Assembly: GCA_029269845.2 (NCBI GenBank)
Contig: CP149973.1
Coordinates: 90,001 to 122,000, forward strand
Length of the DNA: 32,000 nucleotides
Direction: 5' to 3'
From: Opitutia bacterium KCR 482
GTDB taxonomy: Bacteria > Verrucomicrobiota > Verrucomicrobiia > Opitutales > Intestinicryptomonadaceae
Under the pieces are notes generated by a model. The model was not told where the DNA came from and did no database searches. It was given only the letters and a program-made list of their open reading frames with translations. Position 1 is the stretch's first letter, and the number at the start of each line of letters is the position of its first letter. Made by a program: the position numbers and the translations under genes. Below are positions 26,182 through 32,000 of this stretch, piece after piece.

Positions 26182-27708
26182 ATGAGCCTCCACGTAGAAG
26201 TAGCCGTATTAAACAAAATCAGCCATCTCGTCGCTTTGAGGACGAGCGTGCCAGACCTTTTGCGCGAAGTGCTGAAAATTCTCCATCTCGAAATGGGGCT
26301 GCTTCGCGGCACTCTCACCATGCGCGAGGGCGACGTCCTTGTAATCGAGGCGTCCGAAGGGCTTAGCAGAGAGGAAATCGACCGCGGGCTGTACCGCGTG
26401 GGCGAGGGCATTACGGGGCAGGTCGCCGCGACGGGCAAGGGAAAAATCATTCCAGACATCTCGAAGGAAAAGGGCTTTCTCAACCGCACAAAAGCCCGCG
26501 ACGGCGAAAAGGGCGTGGCGTTCATCTGCGTTCCGATTGTCTATAAAGACGACGTAATCGGCACGCTCAGCATTGACCGCAAAGTCGAAAAAAATACCGA
26601 CCTTAAAGCCGACTACCACCTCCTCGAAACAATCGCAAACATCACCGCGGACGCGATTTTCGCCGCATACTCCGCGCACGAGGAAAAGGAAAAACTTTTA
26701 AGCGAAAGCCTCGCCCTCAAACTCGAACTCGAAAACAAGCTGCGCCCGACGGAAATCATCGGGAATTGCAGCAACATGAAAAAAGTCTATTCGATGATTT
26801 CGAAAGTCGCCGCCTCCAACGCGACGGTTCTGATTCGCGGAGAGTCGGGCACGGGCAAAGAGCTTGTGGCAAAGGCGATACAGCGCAATTCGCTACGCAG
26901 GGAAAACCCGTTCGTGGTAGTAAACTGCGCGGCGCTCCCCGAAGGGCTTATCGAAAGCGAACTTTTCGGGCACGAAAAGGGGTCGTTTACGGGGGCGGTC
27001 AACCGCAAAATCGGGCTTGCGGAGCTCGCCGACAAGGGCACGCTCTTCCTCGACGAAATAGGAGACCTTTCCCTGCCCATGCAGCTCAAACTCCTGCGCT
27101 TCATTCAGGAGCACACTTTCTACCGCGTGGGCGGAAACGAGGAACGCAGGGTTGACGTGCGCATTATCGCCGCAACCAGCCGCAACCTCGAAGAGATGAT
27201 ACGCGCGGGAACTTTCCGCGAAGACTTGTACTACCGCCTCAATGTCTTCCCGATTTACATGCCCGCGCTCAGAAACAGAAAAAGCGATATCGTGCTGCTC
27301 GCGGAACATTTTTTGAGGAAATATAATAATATACACTCAAAACAGATAATCAGGATTTCTACCCCAGCAATAAATATGATGACTTCATATTATTGGCCGG
27401 GGAATGTCCGCGAGCTTGAAAACTGCATAGAGTACGCAGTCCTCAATACCTCCGACAACGTAATCAGCGGATACAATCTGCCGCCGTCCCTGCAAACCGC
27501 CGAAAACACCGAAACTTCGCTGACCTCGGCGACCGCGGGCGGAGACTACGAGTCGCTTGTGTCGAGCTTCGAAAAGGAGCTGATTGTGGAGGCCCTGAAA
27601 CTCAAAAAGGGCAACGCCTCCGCCGCCGCCAAACACCTCGGCGCAACGCAGCGGGTAATCCTCTACAAAATCAAAAAACTCGGAATCAACCCCGAACTCT
27701 ATAAGTAG
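26182..27708 (+). CDS. sigma-54-dependent transcriptional activator, GAF sensor + AAA+ + Fis-type HTH (NifA-like architecture)
   Basis: 508 aa, 14 nt after gltD. N-terminal GAF-like domain ([33 protein letters not shown]...AFICVPI...IGTLSIDR). AAA+ core with Walker [24 protein letters not shown] (a GAFTGA-loop variant) and Walker [11 protein letters not shown]-terminal [25 protein letters not shown]. No receiver domain. Confidence 0.9.
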   Translation: MSLHVEVAVLNKISHLVALRTSVPDLLREVLKILHLEMGLLRGTLTMREGDVLVIEASEGLSREEIDRGLYRVGEGITGQVAATGKGKIIPDISKEKGFLNRTKARDGEKGVAFICVPIVYKDDVIGTLSIDRKVEKNTDLKADYHLLETIANITADAIFAAYSAHEEKEKLLSESLALKLELENKLRPTEIIGNCSNMKKVYSMISKVAASNATVLIRGESGTGKELVAKAIQRNSLRRENPFVVVNCAALPEGLIESELFGHEKGSFTGAVNRKIGLAELADKGTLFLDEIGDLSLPMQLKLLRFIQEHTFYRVGGNEERRVDVRIIAATSRNLEEMIRAGTFREDLYYRLNVFPIYMPALRNRKSDIVLLAEHFLRKYNNIHSKQIIRISTPAINMMTSYYWPGNVRELENCIEYAVLNTSDNVISGYNLPPSLQTAENTETSLTSATAGGDYESLVSSFEKELIVEALKLKKGNASAAAKHLGATQRVILYKIKKLGINPELYK

Positions 27709-27809
27709 ACAACCCCGTTTGCGCGTTTCCGCGCGGGCGTGGGCGACTTTTGCGCGGGGCGTTTGCGTTTCTGGTTGCAATGCCTCTGCCGCCTGCTAAA
27801 ATCGTCCGC

Positions 27810-28745
27810 ATGTTTAAAGCTTTTAATTTTGCGGTTTGCGCGGGCGCGGCGGTTTTGTTGGCGGGGTGCGCGGCTTCTCCCAAGAAAGTCGTTTTTGTTT
27901 CGGGTAATTCAATCCACCTGTGGGGCGACCACGAGCACGCCATCATGTGCGAAGAACTCGTCGGCATGGTCAACGAGTCGATGGGCGGGAAAGTCCGCGC
28001 CGAATGGCTCGATACCGAAAAAACTCCCGACCTCTCCGCGCTCGCCGACGCCGACGCCATCGTGATTTCGACCGAGGGCGAGAAAAACCACCCGTTCGCC
28101 GGCAAAACCGACCTGCTCGAAAAACTCAACGCCAAGGGCGTGAACATCGGCGCATTCCACTACACGCTCATGTTCGACTCTCCCGCCGACAACGCCGCGT
28201 TCGATTCGCTGATTGGCGGGCACTATCAAAATGGCTTTTCCTACAATCCGTTCTACGCCGCCGATTTCAGGCTCGGCTCGCACCCCGCGCTCAGCGGCGT
28301 CAAACCGTTTTCGATTTACGACGAGTGGCACTTCAACATAGCGTTCTCAAAAAACGCGGCGCAGAAAATCACGCCGCTGATTCAAACGCAGGTTCCAGAC
28401 AAAATCCGCAAACGCCGCAGCGCGCCGAAATCGGTGCAGGCCGAGCTGGGGAAGGGCAGGTTCGAGACAATCGCGTGGGTTGTAGAAAACCCCAACGGCA
28501 CGCGCGGCTTCGGAATCATGGGCGGGCACGTTCCGTGGACGCTCGCGCAAAAAGACTATCGGAAGCTCGTGCTGAACACGATTGCGTGGCTTGCCGAAAT
28601 CGACATTCCCGAAAACGGCTACGACGCCTCCTTGCCGCCGTTTGAAAGCCTTGCCGCAAAAATTAAGAAGCCGAAACGCGGCGACTACGACTATTATATA
28701 AAGGATTGGAGCGACCTCGACGCCAAGTGGCGCGCTGAAAAATAG
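27810..28745 (+). CDS. ThuA-like (class I glutamine-amidotransferase-fold) lipoprotein
   Basis: Start placed at MFKAFNFAVCAGAAVLLAGC (lipobox LAGC) rather than the track's 27750. The layout (VVFVSGN...H.H; AIVISTEG; IYDEWHF; GFGIMGGHVPW...VLNTIAWLA) resembles ThuA-domain proteins from memory. The function call is moderate. Confidence 0.6.
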   Translation: MFKAFNFAVCAGAAVLLAGCAASPKKVVFVSGNSIHLWGDHEHAIMCEELVGMVNESMGGKVRAEWLDTEKTPDLSALADADAIVISTEGEKNHPFAGKTDLLEKLNAKGVNIGAFHYTLMFDSPADNAAFDSLIGGHYQNGFSYNPFYAADFRLGSHPALSGVKPFSIYDEWHFNIAFSKNAAQKITPLIQTQVPDKIRKRRSAPKSVQAELGKGRFETIAWVVENPNGTRGFGIMGGHVPWTLAQKDYRKLVLNTIAWLAEIDIPENGYDASLPPFESLAAKIKKPKRGDYDYYIKDWSDLDAKWRAEK

Positions 28746-28791
28746 GAAATCTTTCTCGAAACAACAACAACAATCAGGAGGGAATCAAATT

Positions 28792-30402
28792 ATGAGAATA
28801 TCTGTTATTGAGGGCGGGCTGGCGGCTTTTGCGCTTTGCGCGGTTTCGGCGTTTGCGTCGGAGATAAAAATTCCGAAAAACGGCGCGGAGGACACGCAGG
28901 GAATTATGGCGAAGTCGTACTGGGAACAGTGGAACGGCGACCTTAACTCCGACATTGACCGCGATATCGAGGCAAACCGCAAGGCAGACGCAACGCTTTA
29001 TGTCGGCAAAATCGCGGCGGGAACAAAGGTGAAAGTCGCGCAGATTTCGCACGAATTCTATTTCGGGGCGCACATCTTCAACTTCGACCAGCTTGGCGAC
29101 AAAACGCTCAACGCAAAATACAAGTCGCTCTTCGGCACGCTCTTCAATTCGGCGACGGTCGCATTCTACTGGGGCAAGTTCGAAATGCAGGACGGCCGCA
29201 TGCGCACAGCGGGCGAATACTGGGACTCTCAGGATTTCTGGGCAAACGCCGAAAATCCCAAGACGCAAATCCACTGGCGGCGCCCGCCGACCGACCCCGT
29301 CGTGAACTTTTTGAAAGACAGGGGCGTGCGCGTCCACGGGCACGCGCTGATATGGGGTAATAAAACTTATCAAATTCCGGTTTGGCTCTACGACAAGTGC
29401 CTTACCGACGACGAACGCGAAAAATTCTCAAAACTTATCAAAACGCCTATGAAAGACGGCGTGAAAGTCGTCCGCGAACAATACACTCCGCTTTACAGGA
29501 AAATGTCCGCCGCCGACCTCGACGCCTACATTCCAGACTTCGGCAAAAACCTCAAACGCCAGTTCGCCCGCCGCATTGCCCGCCTTGCCGAATACTACGG
29601 CGACAAAATCGAAAGCTGGGACGTCGTCAACGAGAGCCTTGAAGACTTCGCCGACGGACATATGAACGTTGGCGGAATTTTCTCCAAGGGCGTCCGCTAC
29701 GGAATTTTGCCCGCCGACTACGCCTACGACGGCTTCCAAGTTGCGCAAAAAGCGTTCCCGCAGAGCGTAAAACTCAACATCAACGAAAACCCCTACGGGC
29801 CGTTCCGCCTTGAAAAATACGACACTCAGATTCGCGACCTCGTCGCCCGCGGCTGCAAAATCGACGTCGTCGGCTGGCAAATGCACCTTTTCAAGCCCGA
29901 GGTCGTGAAGCTAATCGCCGACGGCAAGCCGACCGACAACAAACGCTTCCGGCTCGACATTCTGAAAATTTCGCCCCAACACATGCGCGAGGCGTTCGAA
30001 ATGGTCGAACGCGCAAACCGCCCGATTCACATGAGCGAAATCACAATCAGTGCGCCCGATAATACCGAACGCGGAAAAATGATACAGGCTATCATTACGC
30101 GCAACCTGTATAGAATGTGGTTTAGCCGGAAGTCGGTGGTCGGAATAACGTGGTGGAACGTCGTTGACGATTGCGGCGCACCGGGCGAACCGTCGATTTC
30201 GGGTCTTTTCACCCGCGAGATGAACCCGAAACCCGCATACTACGCGCTATCGGAACTTGTGGAAAATGAGTGGCGAACGAATTTGGAAGCCGAGCCGAAC
30301 GAAAACGGCGAAATAAAATTCAGGGGCTTCAAGGGGAAATACAGAGTGTCGTGGACGACCGAAAAGGGAGAGGAAAAATCCGCCTTCATCACGGTAAAAT
30401 AG
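28792..30402 (+). CDS. glycoside hydrolase family 10-like (endo-beta-1,4-xylanase-like), secreted
   Basis: 536 aa with a signal peptide (AFALCAVSAFA-SE) and AGGAGGG 10 nt upstream. GH10-type motifs: HGHALIWG, the acid/base WDVVNES, and a nucleophile-region IHMSEITIS. Confidence 0.75.
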   Translation: MRISVIEGGLAAFALCAVSAFASEIKIPKNGAEDTQGIMAKSYWEQWNGDLNSDIDRDIEANRKADATLYVGKIAAGTKVKVAQISHEFYFGAHIFNFDQLGDKTLNAKYKSLFGTLFNSATVAFYWGKFEMQDGRMRTAGEYWDSQDFWANAENPKTQIHWRRPPTDPVVNFLKDRGVRVHGHALIWGNKTYQIPVWLYDKCLTDDEREKFSKLIKTPMKDGVKVVREQYTPLYRKMSAADLDAYIPDFGKNLKRQFARRIARLAEYYGDKIESWDVVNESLEDFADGHMNVGGIFSKGVRYGILPADYAYDGFQVAQKAFPQSVKLNINENPYGPFRLEKYDTQIRDLVARGCKIDVVGWQMHLFKPEVVKLIADGKPTDNKRFRLDILKISPQHMREAFEMVERANRPIHMSEITISAPDNTERGKMIQAIITRNLYRMWFSRKSVVGITWWNVVDDCGAPGEPSISGLFTREMNPKPAYYALSELVENEWRTNLEAEPNENGEIKFRGFKGKYRVSWTTEKGEEKSAFITVK

Positions 30403-30421
30403 GGCGGCGGAACGCAGACTC

Positions 30422-31420
30422 TTAGTTGAAAAAATAGCGGGCTTCAAGCCTCTCAATGCCGTGCATGTTGACATAGCGCGAACGCAAAAGCGCGATGTCT
30501 GCATGCCCCATGTTCAGCTGTAAACGCGGCAGGTCGGAATAACGTTTGGCGTGGAAACTGGCGTAGGTGTGGCGGAGCACGTCGCAAACCCAGAGCTTGC
30601 GGAATCCCGAAATGTCGCGGATTCTGCGCCAGCGGCGCACCCAGCCCGTCGGGCAGATTTTAGACTCCTCCGATTCGGGGCATACCGCATTCAAGAGCCT
30701 GTTCAGGACGGGCGGAATTTCGACCTGCCGCACCCCGCCTGTCTTTGAGCATTGCGAACGCACGGTTATGACGTTTTCGGAGGTATCGATGTCGCGCCAG
30801 AGCAGGCGGCGCACTTCGCGCGGGCGGATTCCCGTGTAAATGAGAATCGCGGCGGCGACGGCGCATTGCGGACTTTCCTTGCGGGCGTTTTTTATCAGAC
30901 GCCTTATCTGGAAAAGTTTTAGCGGAACAATCTCCCTTTCAACTACCTTGCGGCGTTCGATGTGCTTGATGGGGTTGACGTCGCACCAGTCGCGGCGGAT
31001 TGCAAATTCGAACAAAGCGTGCAACATTGCCCGTCCTTTGTTTTGCTGGGGAAGGGTTGAGAACGCGGAATTGAGCCAAGTTTCGCACTCTAACACCGTA
31101 AGCTCCGAAAAATTGCGCTTGGAAAGTTCGGGATTCGCGCGTAAAAGACGGTTGCCGATGCAGCGGATGTCGCGAATAGAGTCGTGCCGCAAGTGCTGCT
31201 TGCTCTGATAGTAAATGGCGAACCCCTCCTCAAACGACATCTCCGTCGAGCGCATGTGCCGCACTCCGTTTTCGATTACCTTGCTTATGAACTGGGCGTC
31301 GGTCAACTTCGAGCCAGCAGGCTTTGCGTCTAAAATGTTGCGGATAAAACGCGCACAATCAATAGCCGAAACCTCGACATGCCCTAAAACGTCCGAAATA
31401 GAATTGAGTATAGTGTCCAT
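30422..31420 (-). CDS. site-specific tyrosine recombinase (phage-integrase family)
   Basis: Catalytic-domain hallmarks: TGIRPREV (Arg I), LRHTYAS (H-x-x-R), MGHADIALL and SRYVN (Tyr nucleophile). Start placed at MDTILNSI (31420). The track's upstream extension to 31513 encodes an implausible N-terminus. Confidence 0.85.
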   Translation of the reverse strand: MDTILNSISDVLGHVEVSAIDCARFIRNILDAKPAGSKLTDAQFISKVIENGVRHMRSTEMSFEEGFAIYYQSKQHLRHDSIRDIRCIGNRLLRANPELSKRNFSELTVLECETWLNSAFSTLPQQNKGRAMLHALFEFAIRRDWCDVNPIKHIERRKVVEREIVPLKLFQIRRLIKNARKESPQCAVAAAILIYTGIRPREVRRLLWRDIDTSENVITVRSQCSKTGGVRQVEIPPVLNRLLNAVCPESEESKICPTGWVRRWRRIRDISGFRKLWVCDVLRHTYASFHAKRYSDLPRLQLNMGHADIALLRSRYVNMHGIERLEARYFFN

Positions 31421-31436
31421 CGTATTTAAAATACGA
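31420..31436. promoter_or_regulatory. 17-bp perfect palindrome TCGTATTTaAAATACGA overlapping the integrase start codon
   Basis: 8-bp arms TCGTATTT/AAATACGA around one central base. Base 31420 is also the first base (complement) of the integrase ATG. An identical site lies at 31599-31615. Confidence 0.5.
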
Positions 31437-31567
31437 GTGTCAAATCTAAATTGCAAAAAAACTTTTGAAGTATTTGAAAAACGGCGATTAGACGCGGTTT
31501 TTGTTCCGCACATATTGTAGTATTCCGCCGTCCCGCCGCCGAAAACCGATTTCTTTTAAATTTTGCG

Positions 31568-31597
31568 AATCAATGTATTGTAATCAAATCAATGTAT
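31568..31597 (+). repeat. 11-bp direct repeat AATCAATGTAT x2 (19-bp period) with an intervening AATCAA partial copy
   Basis: AATCAATGTAT occurs at 31568-31578 and 31587-31597, and taATCAAa at 31581-31588. It lies immediately upstream of the second 17-bp palindrome. Confidence 0.6.
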
Positions 31598-31598
31598 G

Positions 31599-31615
31599 TC
31601 GTATTTTAAATACGA
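31599..31615. promoter_or_regulatory. second copy of the 17-bp palindrome (TCGTATTTtAAATACGA), 28 nt upstream of the plus-strand ORF
   Basis: Exact reverse complement of the 31420-31436 site. The centres are 179 bp apart and bracket the divergent intergenic region. Confidence 0.5.
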
Positions 31616-31642
31616 TAGTCATTTTTCAGTTTTTTTACTCCT

Positions 31643-32000
31643 ATGGACTACGAAAAATTTATAGAGGAAATTCGAAAGATGCTTTCCGAGTATTCGGGAA
31701 ACAAGTTGCTTGTACCCACATTAGGCGGAAAGTCTTTGTTCTTGGTTTGTATATCCGAGGGCAAACTTAAAATTGTTAATAAGGAGTGTAAGCCGTATTC
31801 ATTCAGGGCTGACGAATACGAGGCTATAAAACAAAGGTTTGTTGAATCGCCAGTTTTTGCGTCGTTGAAGACGTGCAATTATACAAATACAAAGGGCAGC
31901 AGCGCGCGTTGCATAGGCTGGCGCGCCGAGAACGGCAATGGAAACGAAATATACTGGGGATACCTGCCCGCGGTTTTTCGCGAGCTTTACGCGCGTGAAG
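31643..32000 (+). CDS. hypothetical protein, 3'-truncated by window edge (not in supplied ORF track because no stop is reached)
   Basis: My manual translation from ATG 31643: MDYEKFIEEIRKMLSEYSGNKLLVPTLGGKSLFLVCISEGKLKIVNKECKPYSFRADEYEAIKQRFVESPVFASLKTCNYTNTKGSSARCIGWRAENGNGNEIYWGYLPAVFRELYARE... The frame is open for 119 codons to the window end, with an in-frame TAG at 31616-31618 upstream. Plausible globular composition, no obvious SD, no family recognised. Confidence 0.45.
   Translation, partial: MDYEKFIEEIRKMLSEYSGNKLLVPTLGGKSLFLVCISEGKLKIVNKECKPYSFRADEYEAIKQRFVESPVFASLKTCNYTNTKGSSARCIGWRAENGNGNEIYWGYLPAVFRELYARE

Larger units (their letters stand above)
30422..32000. mobile_element. 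probable left edge of an integrated element/genomic island (integrase plus AT-richer cargo continuing beyond window)
   Basis: The integrase is convergent with the GH10 gene, only 19 nt apart. DNA to its right (31421 onward) is visibly AT-richer than the rest of the window and carries repeats and an unrecognised ORF. No att site or tRNA is identifiable in the window. Confidence 0.4.

Noticed and set aside
23755-26193. Minus-strand ORFs of 336, 471 and 303 aa (23755-24765, 24758-26173, 25282-26193) and the plus-strand 355-aa ORF at 23607-24674
   Set aside because: All are off-frame or antisense shadows of gltB or gltD, extremely Arg-rich or repetitive. The annotated frames carry the Fe-S and dinucleotide-binding motifs.
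28326-28331. TGGCAC hexamer inside the ThuA-like gene, and a reverse-strand TGGCAC at 26248-26253 inside the activator gene
   Set aside because: There is no correctly spaced TTGC/-12 GC element downstream and both are intragenic. They are chance occurrences rather than sigma-54 promoters.
30403-30421. Possible att site or tRNA target adjacent to the integrase 3' end
   Set aside because: Only 19 nt separate the integrase from the GH10 stop. No tRNA-like sequence or direct repeat partner is visible within the window, so no att call can be supported.
1-32000. CRISPR arrays, rRNA/tRNA genes, IS elements/transposases, toxin-antitoxin or known defence-system signatures
   Set aside because: I scanned by eye for regularly spaced repeats, tRNA-like T-arm motifs and characteristic protein motifs and found none. 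An Infernal, tRNAscan or defence-profile run would be needed to exclude small or divergent examples.

Overview
About 32 kb of chromosomal DNA with GC-rich coding regions and AT-rich spacers, from a diderm bacterium. A PEP-CTERM protein, type III glutamine synthetase, RNase Y, many Cys-lipoproteins and weak Shine-Dalgarno usage suggest a PVC-superphylum (Lentisphaerota/Verrucomicrobiota-like) organism, but this is a low-confidence guess. Gene order: (1) the 3' part of an RND efflux operon (permease plus NodT-type outer-membrane factor); (2) a minus-strand operon of TPR lipoprotein, dnaG, rpoD and a small exported protein; (3) a DUF362-like exported protein, NUDIX hydrolase and gltX; (4) an orphan PEP-CTERM surface protein; (5) rny; (6) a GH43 glycosidase; (7) a nitrogen-assimilation block with glnN divergent from gltB, gltD and a GAF/sigma-54 activator; (8) a ThuA-like lipoprotein and a GH10 xylanase-like enzyme; (9) a tyrosine recombinase followed by AT-richer DNA with an unrecognisable ORF running off the window. 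I saw no rRNA, tRNA, CRISPR array, transposase or recognisable defence or toxin-antitoxin system. The points most worth follow-up are: (a) near-identical divergent sigma-54 promoters for glnN and gltBD, separated by an array of a 14-bp palindrome, with a NifA-like one-component activator encoded in the gltBD operon; (b) a DnaG whose CHC2 zinc-finger ligands are mostly substituted, next to an RpoD with a histone-H1-like Lys/Ala/Pro N-terminal tail, in a non-canonical tightly coupled operon; (c) an integrase-marked compositional boundary at the 3' edge with twin 17-bp palindromes and iterated 11-mers, whose cargo lies mostly outside the window. I cannot show a clearly novel multi-gene system inside this window. 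Many long Arg-rich ORFs in the six-frame track are antisense artefacts of GC-rich genes.
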